Shown: positions 38,901 to 52,500, counted from the first letter of the stretch. The stretch is 64,000 nt of DNA from Octopus bimaculoides (GCF_001194135.2 NC_069004.1:1073405-1137404), one strand, 5' to 3'. A program made the numbers and translations. Notes: generated from the sequence alone by a model not told the origin.

Positions 38901-40299
38901 CATTCGGCGTGTAGTACCACTGTAAGGTATGTCAAAAAAGAGAGTTTGAATACGGCATGCAAGCAGAACCATCTCTCCTGACATTAATTCGACTTCGCCT
39001 TTTCCTCAGTTCAAAATTAATGTTATTCACACTCTGAGGATTATAGCATATCTATCTGAATAGACATACCTTCGATTTCCATAAGCGTAACACTTCTGTC
39101 ATAATAACTGACCGTAGTCAGAAACCAACCACTTCTTTGGTTCATCAAAAGGTGTTAACCTTTACACTGCCATTCGAATAGTTTGTTTCCAGGTTTCTCC
39201 CTTTCTCTTATTCTGTATACATACGTTTGATAAGTGTGAACGCACGAAACCCTCGGACCTTGTGTCACTGTTGCTTCAGATAAATATTAATAAATATAGA
39301 CTCATATTTTGAGCTCTATTTTTCCTGTTTGCATCACCATATCTATCTATCTATCTATCGATCGATCGATCATGTGTAGCTCGATTTGATTTTTGAGTGT
39401 ATACGTATTGTTTTAAAGTGCACATTAAAAAAGTCGTTAAGCTCTCACAAATCGCTTTGCACAAAACTATTTTCGCTATAATTCTAAGTATTTATTCCTA
39501 TATACCTTAGGCGCGTGCGCGTGCGAAGTGAATTCCCCCCACCTCCGATTATTGCATTACAACAGCTGTTGCTATTACAAGCACCGCCGCCACCACTACC
39601 ACCCTCAATGCGAGGAACCAACGAAGGGTGGGGGTGGGTCACTCTTTGCCTGCGCTGACAATTTTATTTACACCTTCATGGAAATATTAAATCGATTCTG
39701 CCAGGATGAGAGGCTCCGCTGATCTCGGCAGGACTCTTTTTTTTTTTTCTAATTTTTTTTACTCAAAGCACAAAGAAGAGTAACTAAACAACCACAAGGC
39801 ATTTTTGAGAAGCTTTGCCGATATATAAGAACTTGTTGGATAATCCTTTCTATTATAGGCACAAGGCCTGAAATTTGGGGAAGGAGGATAATCGATTACA
39901 TCATGTTGGATAATGTGATCTGAAAACAGACAGGATGGTCACGGCTGAAACGTCTTTCATCTGTTCGATCAGGACAACAACCACTATTAATGCTACCGTC
40001 ATTGTTGCCGCTAACACATCGCACACCCCCACCAGTAGTAGTAGTAGTAGTAGTAGTAGTACACCACCGTCGCTGTTACAATGACTACCACTGCGCTCAA
40101 TTACCCTCACAGTCAAAAAGACGAGGGTGGCTGCACTGTCGATTATTCTCTTCTACCAATGTGTTTATTCCATTGTTAGGGATCTCGACGATTCCTTTAC
40201 AGATCAATGAGTCAGCTACGAAAAACATTCGTGATCAATAAGCTTGTTGAAAAAATTATTATTGATGTTCCTATTCACCTGTCGCTTCGTCACTGACAA

Positions 40300-40625
40300 A
40301 CATCATCGGCGTTCAACAAACAGCTCAGTTGAGACAACCTTAAAGACTTTTGGGGCCATCAGCGTTCAACAGATTAGTTAAGACAGCATTGAAAACGTTT
40401 GGAGAGAGCCTTACGGACGTTTTGGCTCACCAATAACTTCATAAGTCACCAGTGATCAATAGATCGGCTGTGAGACCTCCAGACGTTTCTGTCACCGGCA
40501 TTCAACAGATCAGTCGAGACAGCCTTACAGACGTTTTGAACCACCAATAATTTCATGGATTATGTAATCAGTAACTAAACGATCGATTGAGACAGCCTTG
40601 CAGGCTTTTTATGCCACCAATAACG
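40300..40625. repeat. Degenerate tandem array, unit ~45-55 bp, about 6 units
   Basis: Recurring CAYCRGCRTTCAACAGATCAGTYGAGACAGCCTTACAGACGTTTT-like unit, with a second sub-motif CACCAATAA(C/T)TTCAT. Confidence 0.7.
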
Positions 40626-40849
40626 CTTTTGACCAATAAGTAATCAACAATCAACAACCTTATCGGCAATTTGGGGATTCAAGAGACTCATACAACGACA
40701 ATGGGTGCCGCCTTATAACGATTCAACAAAATTAAATATACCACAAAATATTACTGCCGACAGGTTGATCGCTATGACAACACTCCTTGCACCCAAGTCA
40801 TTTCATCGATATCATGTCGAAGGTCAATACAACATTTTGACTCTAGCAT

Positions 40850-40975
40850 TGTTTCAAATTTTGGCATAATGCCTACAGTTCCCGGGGTGGGGGCAAGTCG
40901 ATTACATCGATCCCGGCGGAATTTGAACTTAGAAAGTCAAGACAGACGAAATACCACTTAGCATTTTGATCATAA
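40850..40975 (-). mobile_element. SINE family B fragment
   Basis: ttcaaattttggcata...gtcgattacatcgatcccggcggaatttgaacttagaa...gacgaaataccacttagcattt. Confidence 0.75.
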
Positions 40976-41895
40976 TATTACCAGATATATTCGCACAGAA
41001 TAAAGGTTGAAAATGTCTTTGAAATCTAGGCAATGAAAAGATGCATCTGTTACTTCTAACCTCTCTTCGTTGCGGTACCCGTATAAAATATTCCAGCGTC
41101 ACTCCGTCCCCAACCAGGAGGCAGCACTTCTCCGCTTTGAGAAGCGCTGGGATAATATAACCTCCGATAGATGAACTGGAATCAGTTGGAGTGCGTGCAT
41201 TGACCAGTGGATCAAACTGGACTGAAGTGATTAAAGTGTAGGGTGGTCAGAAGTGCAGAGGAATTTAGTAATTTCCCTCGTAGGGAAGAATCGCAAGATG
41301 GATTCTTCAAGACGAGCCAACGCCAACCGACAGGGAATCTAAGAGTAAACCAACAGCGAGTTGGCTGGATTAATATCCATCGTTTCAGTTAGTCATACTT
41401 GGGAATCCAGCAGGAAAGTGATAGGACCTAATGGAGGAGGTCCCTGAGAATTCTACCCCAACGACCATCCAAGACACAGTGGCCAGCAAAAATGAATCGA
41501 TGGAACTATACTGAATAATTTCATTTGACAGTCGAGTAGTTTGACCCCCGTCTCACTTGCAATGTCTTCTTGTCTTCCTAATCAGGCGGCAGAAGACCAA
41601 AGGTGTTTTTATCTTGTAATATACGATCTCTATTGATCGGCCCTTTTTTTTTTCTCCACGAACCCTTTTGATCGAAATGCTACCCCACCCTTTTTTTCCT
41701 TCCCCAAAAGAAAAGTTCTTCTTTGTGTTTTGTTCCCTCTGTGTTCGGCCCTGTGTGGCCAATAAAGAAACATATCTTAATGGAACTTAAAAGATGGTTA
41801 ATGAATGGAGTGGGAAAGGGTGAAACACCTACGATACCGTCAGGAATATGGCGAAAACGAATCCCTTTAGTCACTCAGATCAGTAATAAAAGTGA

Positions 41896-42321
41896 TTTCA
41901 AAGTTTGGCACAGGGTGTCAGTTTCAAGGGCAAGGGTTAGTCGGTTACATCGAACCCAGTGCTTAACTGGTACTTATTTTATCGACCCCAAAAGGATAAA
42001 AAGCAAAGATGCCCTCGGCGACATTTGAACTCAGGACGTAAAGAGCCGGAAGAAATGATGCAGAACATTTTGTCCGACGCGCTAATAATTCTGCCAGCTC
42101 AGCACCTTTGATAATTTTTTCCTTCTTTCTAAATTTGGCACAAGGTCAGAAATTTTTAGGAGAGGAAGCAAGTCGATTACATCGGCTCTAATGAGTTATC
42201 GACCTCGAAAGAACAAAAGGCAAAGCCGATCGCGGCGGTATCTGAAATTGGAACGTAAAGCCGGACAAAATGCCGCAAAACATTCTATCCGGCATGCTAA
42301 CGCTTTTGCCAGCTCGCCGCC
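41896..42321 (-). mobile_element. Two head-to-tail SINE family B copies
   Basis: Copies at ~41896-42106 and ~42127-42321. Each has a ...ctgccagctc.gc.cc head and a aaatttggcaca tail. Confidence 0.85.
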
Positions 42322-42523
42322 TTAATTATGGATCGTGCGTGTGTGTGTGTGTGTTTATTTATTTAGTAGCATGTTTATGAGTTCTACGTTGGTTTATGCT
42401 GATTCGTTCCATTGTTGTGTCTTCTGACTGATACAGGCAGCGTTACAATGTCTAATAATCCACGTTTATCATACGACTGTTTGTATTTCTTTGTATTTGT
42501 TTATTCTTGAAGACATGTCATGA

Positions 42524-42555
<32 letters not shown>

Positions 42556-45500
42556 AAGAGAGGTTGGAGAGAAAGAGAGAAAAAGAAGTTGGGAAGAGAA
42601 GAGGTTGGAGGAAAAGAGAGAGAGAGAGAGAGAGAGCAAGCTGTGCATCCAATTAGCTTTTATTTAAGCCACCATGTTGTATTGCAAGACTTTGCCGGCC
42701 GGCGAAGACAGCAGAATGAGTAATATATTGATTTTTCACCTTTTTTCCCCCCACCATACTTCTTCCTTTTCCTTTTCTTTTTTGCCACTGCATATAATAC
42801 ATATGTATTTATACTCACATATGTGTGCATGCGTGCGTGTGAACTTTCCGTCAATAATGGTTTATAATACAGACGTTACACATCATGAAGTATATAAAGG
42901 ATTTGTAAAGGGTCAGCCAAAACAGGTGGAGACCCTTCTCTCTCTCTCTNNNNNNNNNNNNNNNNNNNNNNNNNNNNNNNNNNNNNNNNNNNNNNNNNNN
43001 NNNNNNNNNNNNNNNNNNNNNNNNNNNNNNNNNNNNNNNNNNNNNNNNNNNNNNNNNNNNNNNNNNNNNNNNNNNNNNNNNNNNNNNNNNNNNNNNNNNN
43101 NNNNNNNNNNNNNNNNNNNNNNNNNNNNNNNNNNNNNNNNNNNNNNNNNNNNNNNNNNNNNNNNNNNNNNNNNNNNNNNNNNNNNNNNNNNNNNNNNNNN
43201 NNNNNNNNNNNNNNNNNNNNNNNNNNNNNNNNNNNNNNNNNNNGACGGACTCTCCCCCCCCCACCCCCATATTGATCCAAAGAACCCTTCTCTCTCACAC
43301 ACACACACACACACACAATTGAGCCTTTTTTTTTACCAGCTCCTCCCCACCAAAAAACAAAAGTAAAAAGGTGGGGGTGGATGCAAAGTTGTGACATTCA
43401 TACATTTCTTTCGGCATCGACATAAATACTTAAGGGAATCGACATGGCCCCAACCAAAAACTGAGACCGCATTGCAAATTCGGTCCGTATTAGCTTTATT
43501 TTTTTCTTTTCCCCTTCTCACTTGCTCCTCACCATTAGTCTATAATGTATTTAATTTCCATTTGAATTCTTCCATTTCGATATCACCAGTACATGTCTAA
43601 TATATCGTTAAACTGGGAGTTATTCAGCCAAGAATCAGATTCTCATTAACATAAAATTAAACAGCATTATTTAAGGAATTGAGTTAAGAAAAAATTAAAT
43701 GCAAACGAAATAAGGAACACACGGGTTATTATTTTGAGATTTATAACATTGAAGAATGTAGATTCGTTTAGTTTAATTGCAAACAAGGTAGATTAGTTTA
43801 ATGACAATAATTACTTTGCTTAATTAAAGGTTAAATTTCATAAAATGGTCCATATAATTTATTCCTCGAGCGGTTTGGAAGCAGCAGCGGTAGTTAATGT
43901 AATAATGGTGGTGGTAATAGTAAGGGTAGTAATATTATTAGTTGTAGTAAGTAGTAGTAGTAGTAATTTTCAGACGACCGGTGGTGCTGGTGGTAATAGC
44001 AGTTAGAAACGAAAGTAGTAGTAATAGTAGTAGCCAAAATTCGGTGAAGAAATACTCATAGTACCACTACTAGAAGTACTAATAGTAAAAAAAGAAAAAA
44101 AAATTGCTGCTACTACTACTACTACTATTTATAATTAAGATATCGAGACATAAATTCACAGCAGTTGATCGATTAAAAAAAAAAATGGCATCAAGTCTTC
44201 GCGAGTATTATCTCTCAACACCCACCTGCACACACGCAAAGTAGGTGTGGCTTAGAGAGAGAAGCGGTTGTAGTAGTGTAAGTAGTATAAACAGAGCTGA
44301 CGGGGCCCCATAAAACGAATAGCGTAGAAGCAAGTGAGAGCGATTTTCACTGTGTAAGATTTTTCCTCTTGTGAGAAGGAACTTCGTCATTTACATAATG
44401 TATTCATGTATTACACACGGACATACGCGCGCGAGACACACATCTGCCTCGGTTTGAACGGATCTGGGTTTATTCAATGAAAAAGAGAAGCAGAACGAGA
44501 GAGAGAGAGAGAGAGCTATTCGAAGTGAGTCAGTCAGCCGTACCTTTACCACCACCACCACCACCACCACNNNNNNNNNNNNNNNNNNNNNNNNNNNNNN
44601 NNNNNNNNNNNNNNNNNNNNNNNNNNNNNNNNNNNNNNNNNNNNNNNNNNNNNNNNNNNNNNNNNNNNNNNNNNNNNNNNNNNNNNNNNNNNNNNNNNNN
44701 NNNNNNNNNNNNNNNNNNNNNNNNNNNNNNNNNNNNNNNNNNNNNNNNNNNNNNNNNNNNNNNNNNNNNNNNNNNNNNNNNNNNNNNNNNNNNNNNNNNN
44801 NNNNNNNNNNNNNNNNNNNNNNNNNNNNNNNNNNNNNNNNNNNNNNNNNNNNNNNNNNNNATTTGGGAAAATGTTGCATAGAAAAACGGGTGGGAGAAGA
44901 TTTTTTTTATTCAATCTTGTTTTTATCATCTTCCGCTGTGTTAAACCAACAAAACCGCTCTCTCGCGCGTGCGCACCGTGTATTTGATAGGTATGCCATC
45001 TCCTATACCCGCCCACTACACATACTGACACATACATACACACATACCCGCTATATACACGAGCCAGCGTGGGAGCCTTATTGCGGCCGTCCAACCTGCT
45101 AGAAACAGCAGTTCTATCTCATTCACACGCACTCTTCTCTCTTAAAAGTGGAAGGGTACATTGGCTAATGTTATCCTAGGTACACTAGGTGTATATAGGA
45201 TGTGGCTGCGACTTGAAAACCTTCGACGAAGGATCTGCTGATTTAGTGCCACCCCGAGGCTCAACAACACAAATTTACACTCTTGGACACATGCTAGCAG
45301 ATCGAATCAAACCCTCACAAGCAGTTTTCCTTATATTTAAACCTCTTTAGTCTCCAAATGATTCTGAAGAAAAATGTTTCTGTTCTGAGAGAGATGTATA
45401 AGTATCGCGCTGAGAATAATGCAAGAAAGGGCATAATTTGTTTAAAACTGACAAAGGCCTTCAAATTGTACAAGTAACTCCCTCTACAACCCCACCTTTT

Positions 45501-45559
45501 TTTTTTACCCTTGGATTCCCATTTTACTCTACTGGACTTTCATAGTCATTTGATGTGTG

Positions 45560-45940
45560 TAAAAAACATTCTGGGCCAGGAGATGTGATTTGCTGTACTT
45601 GATAAAGAGGCGTCAAGCTAATTAGAATCGCTGTTTTCCACACACACAGGCTTCTCCTTTCAGGTGCCGGTGCCACTTAAAAAAGCATTCATGCCAGTGC
45701 TGTGTTAACACACCTGTGCCGGTTCTGCGTTAATGTACCTGTGCCCGTGGCATGTAAAAAGCATCCAGCACATTCTATAAAGTGGTGGGCGTAAGGAAGG
45801 GCATTCAGCCATAGGGACCATACCAACAGCAAGCAGACAGCAGAGCTTGGGGCAGGCCTCAAGCTCACCGGCTTCTCTCAGACCATCAATGCCAGCAAGG
45901 AAGGCCCGACATTAATTGATGACTGACTTTGACGATGATG
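45560..45940 (+). mobile_element. SINE-like element with type C tail and internal TGCCGGTG-type repeats
   Basis: Repeated tgccggtgccac / tgtgccggtt / tgtgcccgtggcatgtaaaaagca motifs, then taaggaagggcattcagc...gatgatgg. Confidence 0.6.
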
Positions 45941-46844
45941 GTGTGTTACAACGAGCTTCAATGTTTTGTCATTGCTGTAATTGAGTATTTAGAAAAATAA
46001 ACAGATATATGTAGCAAGATTCCAACATCATTAGTTTGGCTGGATACAAATACATCTGATGTATTATAATGAGATGTTAAATATTCTGTTTTACTTCAAT
46101 TACCTCACAATACAGAATTGCATAAACACTTTGTTCTATATAAAAACAAATTAAAACCTTCACTAGCATGTGACCTTAAAAGCCCCCAGTGTTGTTTGGC
46201 ACTATTTAGATGAATTTTCTCATCATTTTATATATTTGTATACACACACCCACACACATGTACATCTTATATATACATACATAAACATGTATATCTTACA
46301 TATACATATATATATACACACACACACACACACATGTATATCTACATATACATGTCCTATTTATGTATACTTTATATATCTTACATATATACTATATATA
46401 TCTTACATGTGTATGTGTGTGTATATATATATATATATATGCATGCATACCACAGCAGTAACCTAGTTTTATAACAGACACAAAATGAAAAATGGAAGTC
46501 AGATGTCTACGCAAAGACTGAAAACAAATTTTGGGTGGGTGTAGTCACATATGGAAGCAGGAAAAGCCATCTACTTAGATTTTACAACCTGACAGCAACA
46601 GTTGGCAGACTTGAGTGAAAACACAGAAATATAACCACAGATGTTAAATAATTTCCAGCCTTCCAAAGCTGATGCCATGCTGGGGCATTCTTTTAGATTT
46701 CAACCAACAAGAAACCAATTTAGTTTTAACCATTATGACACCGACCTGCCTGAGAACACTCCTGATTCTTTGATAAAACCTTCCTGTTTTGAAGTGACCC
46801 TTCCAACAATATTGCATGCTAATTAACATTCCGAATAACAGCTT

Positions 46845-47008
46845 AATAAGGATTTCAAATTTTGGCACAAGGCCAGCAATTTCGTGGGAGGGCGTAAGTC
46901 AATTGTAACTGGTAATTATTTTACCGACCCCGAAAGTCAACCTCAGCGGAATTTGAACTCAGACCCTGATGCCGAATGAGATGCTGTTGAGCATTTCATC
47001 CAGTGTGT
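46845..47008 (-). mobile_element. SINE family B (internally deleted)
   Basis: ttcaaattttggcacaaggccagc...aactggta...accgaccccgaaagtcaacctcagcggaatttgaactcag. Confidence 0.8.
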
Positions 47009-49289
47009 CCAGATGTGGTTTTACATCTAGACATCATGTGACGGTTGTAAATGAGCATCATCATCATCATCATCATCCAACCAAAGTCGTTTGTTTCCTG
47101 TCTTCCATGAAAAACATGCCTGGCCACAGGAACAGGATTGGGCGGTAGAAAATCTGCCTCAAAACATTTGTCTGACCCATACAATCATGGGAAAGTGGGC
47201 ATCAAATGATGACAAATGATGATGACGATGCATCTCTCTTCGAAATAGGACAAGCTTCAGTTTAAACCCATCTCCTATTTTATTAAACATGGCAATATGC
47301 CAGCCTTCCTTTCAATTCTCTCACACAACCACCCTGAAGTGGGTGGGGGTGCAGCCACCCCCTTTTCCATGAGAAACACTGCTCTAAAAGATTACATCAA
47401 TACTGCTAAAAACCGTCGTCCTGTTGTAGTTAATAACTCATCCAAAAGAAAAATGGTCCATAAAATTATTGGCTTCAGATATTGATCTCGGAGTCTAGCG
47501 CTGAATTATACTGTTGTTTGACCTTTGGTCAACTCTGATCAAGCAGAATCTATGATGGAAAACATTCTCGCCATGACCATCCTGTCTGTTTAATCCAAAG
47601 GTGGTACAAATCCAGTAAAGATTCTACAAATTGTTTCNNNNNNNNNNNNNNNNNNNNNNNNNNNNNNNNNNNNNNNNNNNNNNNNNNNNNNNNNNNNNNN
47701 NNNNNNNNNNNNNNNNNNNNNNNNNNNNNNNNNNNNNNNNNNNNNNNNNNNNNNNNNNNNNNNNNNNNNNNNNNNNNNNNNNNNNNNNNNNNNNNNNNNN
47801 NNNNNNNNNNNNNNNNNNNNNNNNNNNNNNNNNNNNNNNNNNNNNNNNNNNNNNNNNNNNNNNNNNNNNNNNNNNNNNNNNNNNNNNNNNNNNNNNNNNN
47901 NNNNNNNNNNNNNNNNNNNNNNNNNNNNNNNNNNNNNNNNNNNNNNNNNNNNNNNNNNNNNNNNNNNNNNNNNNNNNNNNNNNNNNNNNNNNNNNNNNNN
48001 NNNNNNNNNNNNNNNNNNNNNNNNNNNNNNNNNNNNNNNNNNNNNNNNNNNNNNNNNNNNNNNNNNNNNNNNNNNNNNNCCCCCCCCCCAAAAAAAAATT
48101 TAATAAATAAGCAAAAAGAGAACCTAAAAGCCATGATTACCTATCACTTCCAAGGATGCATCATCATCATCTAACTAAAAACAAAACCAATAACCACTGT
48201 GTACTTTATTTTCTTGGTGATAACACAACAGCAAACAGATATATCAGTTGGTGTGTTATCAATAAAGATATGTAATGATGTAACGGCCAGCGTTTTCATT
48301 CCTCCATGTCTATGAGAGAGAATTGCTTCCACAGCTTGGTTGGCAAATCATTGCACAGTGTCTCTCTCTCTGTTCTTCATGTCTATTTGGGGAGGCAATT
48401 CAGCTTCGTATTGGATTTTCATTTGTTTTATGTGTTTGTGGCCAAACACATTCTGAAACTGATACATTAAATGAGATCTATATGGATGTGTGTGTGTGTG
48501 TCTGTGTGTACATACATTCATGTGTATGTATACATGTATTCATGTGTGTGTGTGTGTATGTACTCTAGATGATTTTAGAAATCAATTACATTATGGCAGA
48601 ATTATGATGGCCATTTAAAACAGAGATATCTATTGTTACAAATCCACCTCCATTACATTTTATTTCATACTGCATCAACAGATGCAGTAGAAATTGTGTA
48701 TGTGATGAGGTTTAAGGACATATAACTTAATATCATTATATATAATGTATAATCCTATGACAAGCCAATTGGCAAGCCTCTACGTACTTGACCTTCCAGA
48801 AGTAGCAACCACATCTCATTATACACAAGTGCAGTACAGCTTAACCATTGTTTGTGAGCAAGTATGGCTTGGCTAACATGTTACCGTGCTTTGGCTAATT
48901 GTTTCATGTGCCTGTGTAGCAGAGAGAAGACACTGGTACCCTCTTATCCCAGGGTATTAGTGTTGTAACCTGTCCATTCCATGATGTTGTCAGACCAAGA
49001 TTTTCTCTTTCATTCTCCCTCAACTGTTTAGGGGGAGAGAGAGAATATGTTGGTTTTCGGCAGCAGCATCCTCAGGAATGGACGGATATACTGGTTCTCC
49101 CCTGACCCTCACTTTTGGCTCTGAGACCATTCTCAGCCACACCTTGGTAACTGCTTCTGCTGGCAAAGCTAAACTCAACGAGGGACTGAATGCTTGGAGA
49201 GGATACGGACAGCACCAAGTATTTGCAAGGCTCACTGAAATGCCATAATAGACGCACAGTCAAGAAGTAATACAAACGTAAACATCTGT

Positions 49290-49450
49290 GTCTGTGTGGG
49301 CTTCTGCAAAGTTCCTGTCAACCAAATTCACTCACAAGGCATTGGTTAGTTCAGAGCAAAGGTAGAAGACACTTGCCCAGGCTGTTGTACAGTGGGACTG
49401 AACCAGACATTACATGGTTGTGAAGTGGAATTCTTAACCACAAAACCATA
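49290..49450 (-). mobile_element. SINE family A head/body, minus orientation
   Basis: cactcacaaggcattgg...agaagacacttgcccagg...cagtgggactgaacc...cttaaccac. Confidence 0.75.
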
Positions 49451-50159
49451 TCTAGAAACCTTCTTTCTTTCATATTTGACAGCCTAAAACTATAATCCTG
49501 TATTTCTTAACAATAACCTGACAGTTGACTAAGGTGGGAACTGAAGTTCACACAATAAAATCAGGTGATTTTTGGCTAATGAAAGTAAAGACATTGTGTC
49601 GTTGCATAGCAAACTCTATACCATGGGTTGGCCAAGACTGGTCTGCAGCAGATATTAATCAGTGAGTTTAACCTGTGGATTTCTCTCAACACATAGGTCT
49701 CGGATCAAATCCCTTGCCAGACAAATACATCTCTGAAATTTCTCTTAAATGTTTCTTTAGTTCTCTTCAGGTTACAAGTCCATCCAGGATTATTCATCAT
49801 CAACACAATATGATCAAGTTCATTAAATTTTCATTAATTAAAGTGATGATGTACAGAACTCACCTTCATTCACCTGATACTGATACCCTAATTTTTTTGT
49901 TGGTACCAGATTTGGGTATTGTCAGGTGATTCACTTAAGTTTTTTTCTCTCTTAAAAAATTTTTTTTTATTATTACACTAGAGTCAATAAAATAGGTATA
50001 AACATTACCCCAGGGAAAACAGATGATAAGGAGAGAGAGAGAGGCACACACACACACACACTTGGGTGTAGGGTAGGCGAGTGCGGGGGCCTTATATCAG
50101 TATGAACTGGTTGGGAAAGATAAGCAAAAATTGGGATATCTTAGCAAACAATGATAAGA

Positions 50160-50320
50160 AGTTGTTGTTGTTGTTTAACCCCGGGTCAGCCCTGACTGAG
50201 CAAACTTATCAAAAGTATTCTTGCTACGATCATCTTATTTATTTAAGATAGTAGAATATAGCTTGAGGGAAATTTGGTTGCTATTTCTAGTAGGTTGATT
50301 GATAAGATAGAAGTTGCGTC
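50160..50320 (-). mobile_element. Repeat family D, minus orientation
   Basis: gttgttgttgttgtttaaccccgggtcagccctg...tgagggaaatttggttgctatttctagtaggttg. Confidence 0.7.
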
Positions 50321-51844
50321 ATTGGTTTGCATGATAAAGGGGAGAGATTATTTGGTGCCGGGACGTTTGCAGGGGAAGACAATGAAAGACGCTTACTTTA
50401 AACTCAAACTGGAAACATTAAGATTTAGAAGTTGCATTATAGGTACAGGTATGGCCGTGTGGTTAAGAAATTGGCTTCACAACCACACAGTTCCAGGTTC
50501 TATCCCACTCTGGTGTTGGGTTGACCAATACCTTGGGAGTGGAATTTAGTAGAAAGAAACTATGTACATAAATAAGTACATTTGGTTTACAAATAGAAGG
50601 AAGAGAACTCAATACATAAAACAGAGTATAGATTTGATAGTTTTTATTTATTAGCTGAGAATACCATAGGGGTTACTCAAGGGCATAAAGACAGCAGGAA
50701 AGTTTTAAAGTGATTGCACAGTAACATGAAATGAAGGGTTTTGCTCAAGAACATAATGCATTGCCCAATCCAGGAATGGAAACCACAATCTTATGGTTAT
50801 GAGTGCAAGAACCCTAACCACAGTGTGTGGCCAATTTACAGAGTTGTCAGAGCAACAGATGGATTATAATGCGAAAAATCAGTATTTCAGGAGTGACAGG
50901 TGAGGGTGTTTTTATTAATGGAAGGTCTACAGTTTGTTAATCTCTATTCCAACTTCAGGGTTTTATTTGTGTTCAACAGTTCCAAGTAACATTCCAGTTA
51001 TTCTGGTCTGAGGAAGACAGACAAACATTATATTTAATAGTTGGATAAATTTCAACATTTATAAACTCTAAATTTTCTCTTCATATGCATCAGTGTGCAA
51101 ACAGTTATATTCTACAGTTGGATAAAACTCTCTGAATACGAATGTTGGAAAAGCAAGAAATAAAATTTTCATTTCTGTATTAAAAATAACTTTCAGTAAC
51201 TTTTTTCAGTTTTAACATAGTTTTGTCTATATATATACATCATCATTCATATATATATATATATACATATATATCATCATATATATATATGTTTTCTTGC
51301 ATTTTTGTTGTCTGAAGATGAAAGTGTCCAACAAAGAACAGGAAGAGCTTGTTTAATAAGCAGCAACCGGTTGTATTTTACTGTTCTGAGCATCCAGCGA
51401 TTAACTATAAAATAATTTCACACAATAATGAATGATTCTGCTCCACAAGGGATGTTGTCAGTGAAGTGACAAATTTTCAACCATTAACTTTGGCATTTAG
51501 TCACTTATTTTCTCTGGGTTTAAGCTGCTGTACCAATTTGACTGGTTTAAACAAATTTATCATAGACAGTTCAACAGGACATTGTACTTTCACAGTTTTC
51601 TTGTGAAAGAAAAAGCATGAATGGTTTTTTAAAAAGAAATCAACTTAATAATGGCACACAAACTCATTGTTTAATTTGGAAATCTCATCTAGAAATTTAT
51701 ATTTAATCTCCTTCATTGCAGGGTTCATTGAAATGGCATTTATTTTGTGAATAACTTCTGAACTATATTTAGACACAGAAGGGGGTAGATAGTAGCCGTG
51801 ACCTTTACACATACACAGATACACACACCGAAACTGAGGTCAAT

Positions 51845-51975
51845 AAGGTTTGTGTTTAATTTAAAATTCTGGGCGTTGATGCCCATAGGGAAAATGTTGG
51901 CAGGAAGGGAATTCCAAATGGCTGTGTTTTTGAGAAGGAAAATCTGGCAAAGCGTTTAAGAGTGAGACAAATTGG
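51845..51975 (-). mobile_element. L2/CR1-group LINE ORF2 C-terminal remnant
   Basis: Minus strand translates FLLKNTAIWNSLPANIFPMGINAQNFK, matching the WNSLPxxVFPxxxNxxxFK motif at the end of L2/CR1-group ORF2. Confidence 0.6.
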
Positions 51976-52221
51976 AAATGATAAGTTCAGAGAAGCAGAA
52001 AGCCATTCTGATGTGAATCATTCATCGGTTTCGACGATGAGCATTCAGCTGTTCTGCCAACCGAATTCCTATTTGTTGAAATCTGTGTATAAGTGGCTGA
52101 GTATTCCAAAGACACACAATGTGTACCCTTAACTGAATTTTCACACTAGATTGTAGTTTGGCAAGTGTGACAGGGTTGGACTTTTGAACTTTAGGAGAAG
52201 GGAGGGTAAGAGTGGGAGCAT

Positions 52222-52253
52222 ATATATGTGTGTGTGTGTGTGTGCGCGTATAT

Positions 52254-52323
<70 letters not shown>
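52222..52323. repeat. (TG)n/(TA)n compound microsatellite
   Basis: Direct reading. Confidence 0.95.
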
Positions 52324-52326
<3 letters not shown>

Positions 52327-52329
52327 GGC

Positions 52330-52500
52330 ACATAGCTTACTGGTTGGGGTGTGGCTCTCACAATTGCTAGATTGTGATTCAATTCGATGACCAGGTAGGG
52401 CACTGTGTTCTTGAGCAAAACACTTCATCTCGCATTGCTCTGCAATCACTTTGACACCGGACACATGTCACACCTGTGTGCACCTGTTCAGACAATTTGG
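52330..52500 (+). mobile_element. Separate SINE-like element (gcactgtgttcttgagcaaaacactt body)
   Basis: tRNA-like head remnant (gtgattcaattcg) followed by GGGCACTGTGTTCTTGAGCAAAACACTTCATCTC, a CORE/Deu-type central motif variant unlike family A. Confidence 0.5.

Noticed and set aside
40300-40625. CRISPR array interpretation of the repeat array
   Set aside because: The context is eukaryotic, the units are degenerate along their whole length, and there are no unique spacers or cas genes.
49020-49275. GC-richer stretch with short ORFs on both strands
   Set aside because: It has no convincing splice pair or motif, and is more likely decayed repeat.
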